A stretch of DNA of 64,000 nt from Octopus sinensis (taxonomy: Eukaryota), in contig NC_043002.1 in assembly GCF_006345805.1 (NCBI RefSeq), positions 117,304,001 to 117,368,000 on the forward strand, in the 5' to 3' direction. Below the pieces are notes generated by a model. The model searched no databases and had not been told where the DNA came from. It worked only from the letters and a program-made list of their open reading frames with translations. The position numbers and the translations under genes are program-made. This document shows positions 36,764-50,521 of the stretch, in pieces (the first letter of the stretch is position 1; every line of letters starts with the position of its first letter).

Positions 36764-39574
36764 TTATTTATTCTTAAAGACAGCTGTTGATCTCTTTTGG
36801 TTAAAAAAGGTTTATCACCCATCTCCATGGCAAAGGCCTCTTTTGCTATCTATTATTCATAGTATAGTAAAGCTCATAACTTGTAAGATATTGATTTTCG
36901 TAAATACTTTCTCGTCTGTACCTTCAAATAAAACTCGCAAATTGTTCATTTATAGATGATATAGTTTTATTGGATTTAGTAATTAGCTCAGAAGTTATTG
37001 TATCGGTCAACGCAGAGGGTAGTATAATCGATATTTTTGTTTTATAGATTTTAAGAATATATTTTGATTCATTAGCGGCAAGTTTATTGAAGAAAAAAAA
37101 TATTCAGTTGCTTATAGCAAATATCAGTAAAGTTTTCGTTGCAGCAGTTGTAAATGTAGATGGTTTTTATTCTCGCATGCATTTATTTATTTACAAAAAG
37201 TTCTCAGCATTATTTATTTCCGTTCATCTCGTATAGTAGGAAACATCCAAATTGTCTTCCACTAGAATAATCGATTGCCGTATTATCAGCACGAAACAGT
37301 TATATAACGTTCAAGTTAAGAATGTGATTTTGATTTAGAAATTAATTTGTTCTGTTAATATTGATTGTTTATTTCGACCGTCATTTAAAAGGGCACTAGT
37401 TGAAAGAGAACACAGCTAATTTAAACATTTCATTGATTAAAATTTTAGTCGTTTTTCATAATCAATTTTAATCGTAATTAGGTAAAAATAGAACGTTCTT
37501 AGTGTTGTCCTTTATTTAATACAAAAATAGATAACTCAGCTTCTTGTACACTCACCTTGAATTAAAAACCTAAATCGATAAAGGCAAAATTTGATTCATA
37601 TAAGATCTCAGCCGGTTCTTTACCAATTGATGTCCAGTAGTTTTTATAGTATAATAAATATAAATATAAACAAATCATTTCTATTATATATATATATATA
37701 TGCGTGTTTTAAATTTAGACTTGCTACGTGTAAGTAAATGGTTGCTGTTTAACCCCAGGTCATACTGATTGGGCAGACGCATGGTCGAAAGTATTCCAAT
37801 AGCAACAATCCTCTTTTTCCATCGTACAGTGCACACAGAACCACATTGTCCAATTTGTCCTTGCTGTTGATGATGTGTAAGGTATGAGAGGGTAATTTGG
37901 CTGCTGTTTCTAGCATGTCGAGTTACCACTTAGAAGTTCTTCAGTTTTCACTGTAATAAATGGTTTATGTAGGTGATAAGATTAATTCTTGAATGAAAGT
38001 AAAGCAAAAAAGAAGAGGAATAATTTCAGACATTTTTTTCCACCACTGTTGCAAACTTAAGGAATCACAATGCTAAATGTTGAAGATCTGAAGAGAAATG
38101 TGTTCAGTCCAATCTGTAGGATGTGCAACATTAATTTGTACATCTTAGAAATTGCACTTAATTTAAAAGAGTAGCTCAGTATACTAATGAGTTTGTGCAG
38201 GAAATGAAACTTGGTATAGATGTATGTATATAAGACATTTACGAGATAGAAAATGCAGCGCAAAACAAAAGGTTGCTTCGAAAGGGTTAGGCCAGATCAG
38301 AAGATATTGGGCTATATGTATGAAATGCTAGAGGGTTGAGAAGAGTGGTGGTTGTTATTGTGAGATGCTGCACTGCATATCTGTCAAATCCAAACCAGCA
38401 TGGGAAAAGGGATGGTAAAATTATAGAAAGTGAATTTGAAAATATTTTAGTCTACATTGAATTGTTTTGTTCTAATCAATAGACAGTTGTATTAATAACT
38501 TGTTTGCAATGGCGAAAGTCTATTTTATTTATTCAGTTATTGAATGGTTTTTCACTGCTTGTTCAGACTAATTTCTGTTGTTTTGGTAGAAATATTATTA
38601 CTTCATAAGTATCTGGTTTTTCTCTTGGTTTCATGTGGACTACAGAATCTTTTCTGATAACAAAAATATTTTCTTGGAAGAAAAGCCTAGCTGGGCATTT
38701 TGCTCATTGGTTGATTAATTTTGCAACAAGATTAGATTACTGATCCTTGCTTGAATAGGTTTTATGAAGTATGGATTCATTATAAAACAAGACTGAATTG
38801 TTACCTGCTGGATATCAAGTAGGAGTTAAGGAAAGTTTAATGGGATAGCCATAAATAGATCTTAAAATTCCCAAATTTTATTAATGTTTCCGTGGTTATT
38901 TGGTAACTTTTGTGTCCACAAAATAGTTATGTTTGGAATTTAAACATTGAGGCATATGAAGAGGTCTAGTATTGTATTTCTGTAATGCTGGTATTAAATA
39001 TGTTCTATCAGATTTTCCAACTGAAGTCTACCAATTTGGCCACATTCACAGTTTTTGTATTGATTTATATTTCTTACTTCTTTGCTTGTAAGGAATACAT
39101 ATTATATTACCTTTATAGTGTCATGAAAGTGTGTGCTTACATTTTCAAGTGTCTAAAATATTGATTGCTTTTTAATGTCCATCGTTTTAACAGCTTTTGG
39201 TTGAAGTGGAGAAAGATAAAGGATTTTTGATTTGCTTCATGGTTGGTTTAAGGATATTATTAAATTTAAGGATTTATCTGCATTATGTACAGCAAAACTT
39301 GGTGTGATGAAAAGTGCTAATAAAAACATTTCATGTGGGGAAAGATCCTATGGAAAACCTAAGGCCAAGCTTGTCAATCTGGCTTTCAAAATAGTTTTGA
39401 AGTAGCATAAATTGTAAAATATTAAGCTAATTATTTTGTAGAGTTTTGTTTTGTTCAGTTCTGATGGGATTGTCTTCAACTTTCATCCTTTCAAAATGTA
39501 TAAAATAGATATTGTGTTGTGTGATGCAAGTATACTTCCACTGCATATTGTACCACAACAGCATAGCTATCTAG

Positions 39575-39940
39575 TTAGAAGTTTGCTTCTGAACCACATG
39601 GTTCTGGGTTCAGTCCCATTATGTGGCAAATTGGGCTAGTGTCTTCTACTGTAGCTATGAGTCAACCAAAACCTTGGAAGTGTATTTGATAGATGGAAAC
39701 TAAAAGAAGTTCTTTGTGTGTGTGTGTCCTTGTTTTGACATCATATGATAGTTGCTGGTCATACAAACATCATTCATTTCCAGTATTCTGTGACAACATG
39801 TCTGGTCATGGGGAAATACCACATTGCTTGAAAACAGGTGAGGCTTGGTGACAGGAAGGGTATCCAGCCATTGAAAGTCTGCCTTAATAAACTCTGTCTG
39901 ACCCTTGCAAATATGGAAAAATAGACATTAAAATGATGAT
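39575..39940 (+). mobile_element. tRNA-derived SINE family A variant
   Basis: Similar to 26256-26645. Confidence 0.7.
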
Positions 39941-40431
39941 GTGTAGTGGAAATTATACCTCCACTACAAGTCTTTGGCTTTGTACCAATTTGAGAAATCA
40001 ATATTTCTTAGTTTAAGTACACAATTGATTTTGTGCAGCTGTTGTGGTATTTCACTTAATGCCACCTTGTAGTTTTCATTTCAAATCCTGGTATGGTTAA
40101 CTTGGTTTTACATTCTTTCAAATATCATTAGTCATTTATTCAGATTTGGAGTGAAATATAAGTTTATTTTGTTTCTTGAAATAAATGCCTTAAAACAATA
40201 GTTGTTGTTGACTTTGAACTTTAGTCTTTAGCTTGCAGATATGAGAGACTCTAACACGATGAAGTAGGTATACATATATCTTATCCTTTTGCTCCTTTTT
40301 GGTAACTGAACTTTCATCTCAATTGATTTGCTATTTAGTTTCTCTCAACCTAATTATTGAAGCACAATTAAAATAGACGTCTAACAATAAAGGTGAAAAT
40401 TTCAGTTAAAAATTAATATACACAGAGTGCG

Positions 40432-41275
40432 ATGGGTAAATTGTTGTCATTTTATATTTTTAATTTTGCACATGCGCATTGTTTATTTTTGATTTTGTCA
40501 ACTACACAGTAGAGTCAGTTGGGCACCGTCTGTGAGGAATACAACACCATGACACAATTCACTCTGCCAGAAATTTGGAAACAACATGCTGTACTGCTTG
40601 GTATTCATGCCGGAATCTCCAATATGAAGATTTCAGTGTGTTTAGGTGTCAGTCTGAGGGCATGTACCGAGAATGATGAAAATCAAACATCCAGTCAATA
40701 TCATGGTGTTTGGAGTGATCACTGGTGATGGCAGTGTTATGCCTCCATTCGTTTTCCCACACAGCCTCAATATGGAGGCCTACATTAAGTGCCTGGAGAA
40801 GGTAGTGCTGCCCTGGGTCAAGAGAATGGTAGCTGGAAGACCTTATGTCTGGCAACAGGACTCTGCATCATGCCACACAAGCAGGAGAACCCAGTTACGA
40901 CTGTCAGACAATTTCTGTGACCACATCACCCCTAACATCTGGTTGCATAACTCCTTCAGACTGCAACTCCCTTGATTATTATGTGTGGGGTGCAGTTGAG
41001 CAAGAGACCAACAAAACTCCTTGTAACACCAAAGATGAACTGAAGGCAAGGATTATAGTAGTATTCACAAGGAGACTGCCCAGAAGAGTTGCAGAAGATT
41101 CTGAAGTCATCTGGAGGCCATGGTTAAAGCCAATGGCGATTTTATTGAATAAATTTACTCTTTAGTATTTCAAGATATTTTTATATAATTTTAGTAAATA
41201 TATCTGTTAAAATAAGATGCCAGTGTTATTTTCATTTGTGCATAATTTAGACGACAGTTTATTCACTGCAGCCCA
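40432..41275 (+). mobile_element. maT/DD37D-type Tc1/mariner relic with both ends
   Basis: Degenerate TIRs ACAGAGTGCGATGGGTAAATTG and CAGTTTATTCACTGCAGCCC. Translation WQQDSASCHTSRRTQ...DCNSLDYYVW gives 37 residues between the Ds after correcting one frameshift. Confidence 0.8.
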
Positions 41276-41333
41276 TATATAGATAGATATATAATTTAGT
41301 TTATGAAGATATTTGGGGTATACAATTAATTGG

Positions 41334-41690
41334 GTGCAGGTAAGGCTATGGTAAGGAATTTGTGTCCCAACCACTTGGTTCCACGTTCAGTTACACTGCA
41401 TGGCATCTTGCTTGGCAAGTGTTTTCTTTAGCCTTGGTCCAACCAAAGCCATGTGAGTGGATTTGGTAGATGGAAACTGAAAGTAATCCCTTGTGTGCAT
41501 GTCTTTGTGTTTGTTGTCCCCCTTCCTCATCTGACAACCAGTATTGGTTTGTTTATGTCCCTTTAACTTAGTAGTTCAGTAAAAGAAACCGATAGAATAA
41601 GTACCATACTTAAAAAATATAAGTACTGGGGTTTATTTGTTTGACCAAACCCTTCAAGGCAGTGTTCCAGCATGGAGAAAACAAAGGATA
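41334..41690 (+). mobile_element. tRNA-derived SINE family A
   Basis: Similar to 50294-50690. Confidence 0.8.
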
Positions 41691-42009
41691 ATTAGACACT
41701 TAGATGTTTGATATGGTTGAATTATCTGCTATTTTAGATAGAAGCAATTTTGTCCCAAGATTTGTTATTTTTATTAATGAGAATATTGTTTTCATTTGAC
41801 TTGTTTTTCCTACTGGCATGGGTTGGATGATTTGACAGGATCTGACAAGTTAAGTTAGATGACTGCGTCAAAGTCCATTGTCTGCTTTGGCATGGTTTCT
41901 ATGGGTGGATGCCCTTCCTAATGCCAACCATTTAAAGTGTATACTAGGTGCTGTGTTTTTTTTTTTTTTTTTTGTGACATCAACACTGGTGGGGTCACCT
42001 TGCAAAACT

Positions 42010-42780
42010 AAGAGCTTAATGCGACCCTGTAACTAAAGGATGATAGAAGAGAGGGTACAATGATTCTAGGTAGGATGATGAGAGGAACGGATTTATAGTT
42101 GTGAGAAGGTGATAGTGGAGAGAATAATAACCTTTTTTGTGGGAGTGAGTGGAAGGGATTGGTGTTGGGTGGGAAGGCGGTAATGTCTGTTGTGTTGGAT
42201 GGATCCAAAGGTATTCAGCATTGTAAGGGTGAGTGGGTGGAAGGTTTGAGGAAAAGGAAACAAAATAGGGAGAAATTGATGAGAATAGCAAGGAATCTAA
42301 TGAGTTGTTAAAGGAAATAGAGGTGTGGGTTCAATGAGTAGGCTAGGAGAGAATGGTGGTGTTGAGGAGACAGGTTGTGAGGAGAGGACAGTGAGAGAAA
42401 ATGAAGGGGTGGAGATGAGTGCAGTGAAGGAAAGAGAAACTGGAGGCGACCATAGAGGTAGGGGGAAGAGCAGTGTCTGACTGTAAAGAAGGCGGCAGCA
42501 TAATTGGAATGGCTGGAAGCAGTGGGGGAATGTAGGAAGAAAAAGTGTGAGGGAAGCCTAGATGTGTGAGGGATAAGTAGTAAGGTAAAGTGTTGGGTGG
42601 CAATTGATGTGACCCAGGAAAGTGTTCAGTACAGTTTTTTTTATATGTGTGCCAATAGAAGGCTGGGGTGAAATTGAAGTGAAAGGAATGATTTAGTCCT
42701 GCTGGAGTGAAGAAATGAGACAGAGTATGAGGGAAGAGATGAATCATGAAGGGGATAATGAGGATGCAGAGTGAAGGGGA
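42010..42780 (-). mobile_element. Penelope-like RT relic (purine-rich + strand)
   Basis: Minus-strand TTDITA...IP..HKKG...LHYHLL resembles the Penelope T.D.TSLYTNIPH..GL motif; heavily frameshifted. Confidence 0.5.
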
Positions 42781-43005
42781 TTTAGGCTTGGGAGAGAACA
42801 ATGTGTATATATGTGTGTGTGTGTGTATGTATATGTGTGTATGTATGTGTGTATGTATATGTGTGTATGTATATGTTTTGCAAGATTCTTGATGTAAAAT
42901 TGTGTGTTGAAACAGACATTATACTTAGGGATGGTCATATTTTATTAATTAAACACACTGTATATTTGGTCTTCACTTCAGCTTTATTATTATCATAATT
43001 TTAGT

Positions 43006-43207
43006 TCCTTTGTCGAAGTTCTTTCGTCGGGCATCTAGTGACCTCTTCAGTGACTCTCTACCCCATGTGTCTTGTCTTGTTCTGCTTATTCCATTTAGGA
43101 AATGAATAATAGGAATGGAATCAAGCAGAACAAGAGGAGACACACGGACAGAGAGTCACTGAAGTGGTCATAGATTGTGTGACGAAAGAGCTTTGACAAA
43201 GAAGCTA
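43006..43207. repeat. ~200-nt fold-back hairpin made of two inverted hammerhead-like repeats
   Basis: Minus reading of the left arm: GTCA-CTGAAGA-G-GTC..GAC-GAAA-GAAC-TT-CGAC. Right arm: GTCA-CTGAAGT-G-GTCAT..GTGAC-GAAA-GAGC-TT-TGAC. Confidence 0.75.
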
Positions 43208-43579
43208 AGTATTATATACATATATAAAACAGCTTCTCAAGCACAATGATAAGGATGTCTATCTTACTATGCTTGCATGATCTGGATAGGTCCTTTCCAG
43301 TACAGTCTTTTGCCATTTGTCATCTTGTGAGATTTGTCTTCTTGAGATCATTTCCCACCACTTCATCCTATGTTGTCTTTGGTCTCATGTTCTTATCACT
43401 TGGAATGTTTGTCACTTTTACACAACTGACATCTTTCATATGCATCCCATGTCTGTATCAACCACAGTCTTTTTTTTAATAAAGTTGAAAACAAGGTGAA
43501 AAACCTTGTGTAAAAGACTATAAACAAGGAGAAATTAATGAAATTAAGACAAAAGGAATGAATTTTCTTTAGTGAGTTC

Positions 43580-44140
43580 AGATCATAAGAAAAGGAAAAG
43601 TACTGAGATGGGAGAGAGTTCGAAAGTCTGGCAGTTTGAGGGGAAAAAACCTATGACTCTAGAAAGACTTCCTTATTCCTGGATGCACAGCAGCATTTGG
43701 ATGAAGATGTGCGTTTCGAGTCAGACAAGATGGCACCAAGTGATTTGGAACCAAAAGAAAAATTTCATCAGAGCACTTTCTGTGGTAATAACAATAGAAC
43801 AGACTAAGATTAGTGGCATCATGTTGCTGTGACAAGGGTTACAGAATTGAAGCAAGAGAGGAACCAATCAAATTAGAGAATCACTTCTGAACCCTATTGA
43901 GGAGAGCCAAGTGACGAGATGGTGCACCTACCCAAATGTGACCACATTACTCCATACTTGGACAAATTTTGGACTTGTAAAGATAGAAAATGGCCTCAGA
44001 TTTGAGGTAATCCTTTGACCTATGCAATGACCCAACCTGATGAGAAGCAAACCTACCAATTGATTGTATTTAAAATCCCAAGAAAGTAATTACAAAGCAA
44101 TTACAAAGATCTTTTATTGAGTGGTTTGACTGTCACTATG
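43580..44140 (-). mobile_element. Decayed CR1/L2-like LINE
   Basis: Minus-strand EAIFYLYKSKICPSME.CGHIWVGA...LLNRVQK. Confidence 0.65.
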
Positions 44141-44667
44141 TAATACCTCAGACCTACAACTCCCGTAAATGGGAGGAAGGTAGGAATCCTGCTTCCTACT
44201 GAAAGACATGAGTTTGGTCTTGTCACGGTTGAAACTTACTAACCACTTCCTTACCCATTTTTTAACAACTTGTAAATCCACCTCAAATGTTATAGCCAGT
44301 TTTTCTCTATGTCCATTTGTGCTCTGCTGTCATTCATGCTCATTAACATTACATGTCCAGCGACACATGTTTGCTTCATTTCTTTGCAGATTTTGTCTTG
44401 TGATAGGCAGTAAAAAATATAAATAAGAAATGGTAAACACAAAAAATATTCTAATCAGTCTTTTTTGTAATTGTACTTATCTAGCAAGTGACATAGTATG
44501 AGACTGTGTTGATACTAAAGTAATTACATCATGGAAAAGTTATTCAGTAAAGTTTATTTTGCATTTTGTTCCTCCGGGTTCAATAAAACATCAAATACTG
44601 GATTTGATTAAAATTCTAACCCTTTTTTTCATGAAATTTAGAGAAATCAATGTTTAATAATTTGTAA

Positions 44668-44890
44668 ATGGTGGTGAACTGGCAGAATTGTTGGTACACC
44701 AGGCAAAATGCTGAATGGCATTTCATCCGTCTTCACATTTCGAGTTTGAATTCCACCAATGTTGACTTTATCTTTCATCCTTTTGGGGTCGTTAAAATAA
44801 CAACCAGTTGAGTACTGGGGTCGATGTAATTGGTTTACCTGCCCCCCAAAATTGCTGGCCTTGTACCAAAATTTGAAACCAATATTTACT
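44668..44890 (+). mobile_element. tRNA-derived SINE family C
   Basis: GGTGAACTGGCAGAATTGTT...TTCATCCTTTTGGGGTCG; a copy lies at 54961-55182. Confidence 0.75.
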
Positions 44891-45755
44891 TGAATGGAAT
44901 TGATTTTGGGCAATTAATGTATTTTACTTACTGCCTTTTAATTTCTTTTTGATTCTTGGCATTGGTTAAAATTTACTTCATTCTGTCAGAGTTTGCTAAC
45001 AGGCTCTTTTATTGAGTGCTTTGACTTACTATTTACAAAACTTTCTTTGGAAAAATAAAATGGTAGTTCTATTGATACATTATTTTAATAGAAACTTGTT
45101 ACAATCTCTCTACTGCTAGTGTTATGATAAAAAGGAAAAAGCACTATTAAATTAAAGGGTTTGTTCGGGGTAAACTTTTTTTTTGCTGTGTCACTAATGT
45201 TTAAAAGTTTTTTGTGAAACTATATGAAATATTAAGAATTTTTTTGTGGTGCAGTAACCTACTGGCTGACATCCCTTAAATAGTTTTTTTTTCATTATTC
45301 TTTCTAAGTTATACTCAAAAAGTAATTTCTCAAACTTTCTGCTTACAAATTTAAAGAATTCTCTTGACTAAATGCTACTTGGCACTAATTAGCAGCCTGT
45401 TGTTATCTGTCTTTCACTTAGATGTAATTTATCATTCTGTGTTTGTACATAAGTTAGAATCATTGTTGCCAACTTAAATCCATTGGGTCTTGAGGTTGTC
45501 TCTTTTCCAAGACAGAAAAGTAATATTTCTCAAATAGGTAAAGCTTAGTCTAAGATACAGCTTCAATTCTCAGCTGAAATTATTATAAATTTCTTTTGTA
45601 GTTAATGATTTTGTAGTAGAGTATAAGTGAAACATTTTCCACCCCTCCCCCCTTTTTTCTGATATATGGCTTACATGCTTTTAATAAAAGGATAATCTAT
45701 TCATCTTGCATTGTTTTTCATGTTCCAATAAGTTTGTCAACATCCTCTGTGTATG

Positions 45756-46600
45756 TATGAGGTCTGATCAATAAGTATCCAGACTGTTTCCATAGTAATG
45801 AAGCTAAAGCATGCAGAGTGAAGCTGCTTGCACAGATTGACCTTGACCTCTGCTGTGCATGTGCACTAAGTTCTAACATTGCAGCTCACTTCTGCTGTTC
45901 ACAGCAGTGCTTCGTAGGAAGGTGTGTAGCATGTGATCGTCGCATTGATCATGACAGAGAAAGTGCATGGAGAGGAGTTTGAGCTGCACCCAAGTGTATG
46001 AGTGGTTTCAACGTTTCCAAGACGACCAGGAAAATGTTGATATTGATGAATGTTATGGGAGAGCTGCAACCAGCTGAACTAAGAAAAACATCACAGATGT
46101 GTGTGCAGCTGTGAGGGGAAACTGTTGAATCACCATCTATGAGTTATCAGAGGATGTGCAGATTAATTATGGTTCAGTTCAGTCCATTATCACTGAAGAT
46201 TTGGGTATGAGATGCATGTCTGCCAAATTTGTGCCAAAACTGTTTTCAACTGACCAAAAAGACACTTGGGTTTCAGTTGCCCAAGATCTTGATTGTCTTG
46301 AGAATGATGAAAACTTTTTTGAAAACTTTGCATAGGCCTCTGAGCAGGTTTCATCAAGCTTTTGGCAAAATTTGTAGATTCTCTGCTCAACTTCTCTGCC
46401 ATGGATGGTCAATGCAACAATCACACGCTACACACCTTCCTTCCAAGCACTGCTGTAAACAGTGGAAGTGAGCTAGAATGTTAAAACTTAGTGTGCATGC
46501 ACAGCAGAGTCCAAGTTCAATCAGTACCGAGTGGCTTCACTCGCCATGCTTTAGCTTCATTACTATAGCAACATTCTGGATACTTATTGATCAGACCATG
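45756..46600. mobile_element. Mariner derivative with very long inverted ends (two 5' ends)
   Basis: TATGAGGTCTGATCAATAAGTATCCAG and CTGGATACTTATTGATCAGACCATGTA. The inversion extends more than 200 bp into the transposase start (minus-strand MAEKLSREST...). Confidence 0.8.
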
Positions 46601-47887
46601 TATGTACTTATTGTATTGTTTGTCAGTCAGATTTCAAGCTCCTCTCTTTGTCTGTTAACTTATACCATTTCATTAATTTTTGTTAAGATCATTGAATTTC
46701 TTCCCTCCAAGATAATGGTTTTGTAATTATTTAGTTATTCATTTACTTTTATAGTTTATTAAGTTTTGTGATTCTTGTAATTTCCCTTTCGGTTAACTTT
46801 ACCCTATTTTATAATTCGTTCCACTCCTGTCAATTTTAGGAATGAGCCATGTGAATAGGAGACAAACATTATTATTTCTTTTCTTGAATTCAGATACTTA
46901 TTTCTTTCCTCATTTGTTTCAATGCAAGATATTGTTGAATTATGAAGAACTTCAAAAATGAATGTAATATCTACAGTGGAAGAATTTTTTATATGTTTAT
47001 TTGTAATGTTTAATGCTGTATTTTATATTTTCAGTATTTTGATAACTAAGTATACTAATATCCAGATTGTTATTTAAGGTATTTAAATGATGAACTAGCA
47101 AAATATAACTATATCCATAAAAGCACCAAATTTAATCTTTGAAAAACTTCATAAAAGTAAATGATAGCTTCTGATGTCTAAAGTTACCTAATTGGCAGTG
47201 TGATAGTGGTTCTGAAAACATAGCTGGCAGTTAATACCTCTGAAGGCATCAAAAAGATTCTCTAAGTGAATAGCAGGTGCACAAAGTATGATGTTACATA
47301 AAAGTGAAATATGAGCATTGAATATGATGAACAGGCAAAAATTGGAAAGAAATGGAGCAAGCATACTTCACTCGATGATGAAGGGCTGAAGAGGAATCAG
47401 ACATGGCATACAAAAGTGAAGGCTACTCTGGTATGGGCATGTGATTTGAATGAAGGGTGACAATTGGGTAAAGGAGTGCCAAGTTATCCAAATTCAAGGA
47501 ACTTGTGGAAAACGAAGATTGATGAAAACTGATGTCACAATGCTGAATGAACCTCATGAAGGAAATGATATTGAATGGCAACAAGTGTTGAGATATTGTG
47601 TTTAGAGAAGACCTATGCAACCTACATGACATAATGATAATGAGACACAAGATCTGAAGCAATCTTTTAGCTTAATAAATAAATGGTGCTTGGTCTCTTC
47701 TCATCAGTATCATTCAGTTCACTAAGATTTGTTTATGCTGCACTAGGTTTCAAGATAGTTTTATGCACTGCATTTTTGGCACGTTTGTGTCTTTAGTTCT
47801 AGTTTAAATAAATGTACGTAGATTTTTTTTCTTTTTGTCTGTTCTCTGGTGTCAATCATAAAATATTGTGAATATGTATATTTAGAT

Positions 47888-48560
47888 TTTGATTGATTGA
47901 TTGATTGATTGATTCTAGTTTCAGCTTATGAGCTGTGGCCATGCTGGGGCACCGCCATTTGGTGTTGCTACTTGGTTTCACTTCATGGAGGCTTTCTAGC
48001 AACTGCTATTTGGTGCATGAGAGAGTTCGATGCAGCTGCCCTCATCTGCCCCTCCTGCCGTGAAGTTGGTTCATCTGGGACACCTGACAGGAAGAGATCC
48101 AGCTTCATTTTAAAGACATCTGTATCCACCCCATGCAGGTCTCTCAGGTTCTTCGGGAGGATATTGAAGAGCTGTGGGCCTCGGAAGCCCAGGCTATCAC
48201 AGAATCTTGTCCTACATCTTGATGGCAGGTTTGGAGTCCTAGGCACCACGCAGTGGCGCCCAGTTCTGGCATTTGCGTAACTCTCGATGCCAAAGTTCAG
48301 GACACTTCCCTCCAGGATCTTCCAGATGTATATTATGGCATATCTTTCCCGCCTACGCTCCAGGGAATATAATTTTAATCTCTTGAGTCTTTCCCAGTAG
48401 CTTACATTCTGCATAGAGGCTATCTTCTTTGTGTAGCTTCGTTGGATCGCCTCAAGTTCTGTGATCAACTTGACACTGGATGGTGACCATAGCTGAGAGC
48501 AATAGTCAAAGTGGCTTAGGACAAGTGTCTTCCAGAGGACCATCATGGTTTCTTGTTCTT
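47888..48560 (-). mobile_element. CR1/L2-clade LINE 3' end with (AATC)n tail
   Basis: ORF 47983-48546 (LWKTLVLSHFDYCSQLWSP...LEAIQR...YWERLKRLKLYSLERRRER); GATT repeats at 47890-47913. Confidence 0.9.
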
Positions 48561-48852
48561 TTGTTCTAAAGGTTCTAAGAATCCATGTTCTAAAGGTTCT
48601 AAGATTTGCCTAAGGTTGGTAGTTTTTTTCTACTCTCTTCATTTACCACACTAATGCTGCTGATACAAAAAATATTGATATTGATTTGATCTCAATAAAA
48701 CATCTCTTGAGGAGTGGTTATCATCACTGATATATTCTAGAAGCCAAGTATTTAGTAGATGAGACTTATTCCAGAAAAGGATCCTAACCTCTAACAGTTT
48801 ACCTTCCCAAGAGAATTATAACTAGTTTTTAATTAATAAGTTTTAATTAATA

Positions 48853-49205
48853 GGTGCATGTATGGCTGTATGGTAAGAAGCTTGCTTCCCAACCACATGG
48901 TTTGGGGTTCAGTCCTATTGTGTGCCACCTTGGGTAAGTGGCTTCTACTATAGCCTTGGGCCAACCAAAGCCAAAGAATTGATTTCGTAGATGGAAACTG
49001 AAAAAAGCCAGTTGTGTGTGTGTGTTTGTCCCCTTGCTATTGCTTGATAAATGAAGCTGGTGTGTTTATGTCCCCATAAGCTAATAAAATAAGTATTAGG
49101 CTTACAAAGAATAAATCCTGAGGTCGATTTCTTTGGCTAAAACTCTTTAGGGCAGTGCTCCAGCATGGCTGCAGTTAAATGACTGAAACAAGTAAAAGAA
49201 TAAAG
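48853..49205 (+). mobile_element. tRNA-derived SINE family A
   Basis: Similar to 50294-50690. Confidence 0.8.
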
Positions 49206-50293
49206 TAGAATTGCCATGTTGAAGGACTAAATACGTCAGTAGAGATATGTACCAAGCATTCATAATAGACATTATTTATGAGTTAGAATAAAGGATTATT
49301 TATTTCTTAAGCATTAAACATGCTAAACTGACACTGATGCCAACTCTTGATAAATTTTGGTTCAATAGCAGTCATATTGAAACTCCATCATTTAACTCTT
49401 CTGATAATAACTTTCCTCTGACTACCTCTGGTTCGTTGATACATAAAAACTTTACACAATAGGTTTTAGAATGCCAAAACACCAACTTAATATTCAAATA
49501 AATGACAAGGGACAGTTGCTTGATCTGCTAAAAGTAATATAATCTGGATATTATAGATAGGAAGGGTCATTGCTTGAATATCATTTGATCGTATTTCTGT
49601 TTAATCAGTGCTTAGCTGGGGCTAAACAAATAACGCACAATAAATGAATTAATTTACTAAATACCATCAAATTTGTGTATTATTAATTGGAGTGTTATTT
49701 GCTGATCTTGTATTCCCTTTTAGTTGTTTTGAGTTTACCTGTTTCTCTAACCAGAAATTTGTCAGTAAATATGGAGCAATACCCCTATTATGATGAAAGT
49801 AACATGTTAGGTTAGGTTCTCTACAAAATCTAGATCAGTATGTCTCTGATATGAGTTCAAATCCTATCAACTTTGCCTTTCACTTCTTAGTAAAATAAAA
49901 AAAATGCAATATAATGAGCTCAATTCAGTCAGTATCTTTTCATTATAAAAATAGCTGTATCTAGTTACATAAGTATTATCAAGGTGGTAAAAAGTTTTTG
50001 ATGTGTAATCCTATATCAAAGGCAATCCGTCTATGATCATCTTGCCTTTTGGGAATTACACCTAAGACTACATTATCTTAAAATTGATTGGAAGGATATT
50101 TGGTTATTTCTTGGAGATCAGTCCACTATGTAGAGACTCCAGGAATCTTTTTTTATCGCCCCCAATTTTTTTTTTCTTTTTTGGTACTCTTAAGCCATTA
50201 GCATTTAGACAAGTCATATCCAGCCCTACTATTCAATCTATTTTCTGTTCAAACCAGCCAGATCTACAATGTCATTCTAAAAATAAGCAATTA

Positions 50294-50466
50294 GGCGTAG
50301 GAGTGGCTGTGTGGTAAGTAGCTTGCTTACCAACCACATGGTTCTGGGTTCAGTTCCACTGCGTGGCACCTTGGGCAAGTGTCTTCTACTATAGCCTCGG
50401 GCCGACCGAAGCCTTGTGAGTGGATTTGGTAGACGGAAACTGAAAGACGCCCATCGTATATATATA

Positions 50467-50521
<55 letters not shown>

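Larger units (their letters stand above)
32850..37720. promoter_or_regulatory. CpG-retaining, promoter-like region
   Basis: CG dinucleotides are visibly more frequent than in the flanks. Perfect AATGACGTCATT (CRE-like) at 33286-33297; CCAAT motifs near 35200, 36005 and 36395. Confidence 0.4.

Noticed and set aside
40239-40263. Micro-exon candidate (DMRDSNTMK)
   Set aside because: Splice signals are plausible but no phase-compatible neighbour was found; insufficient support.
46894-47078. Exon-like segments with good splice sites
   Set aside because: Stops in all three frames.
50294-50370. Possible tRNA gene
   Set aside because: A tRNA-like head continues into a SINE body present in more than 10 copies; no complete cloverleaf was seen.
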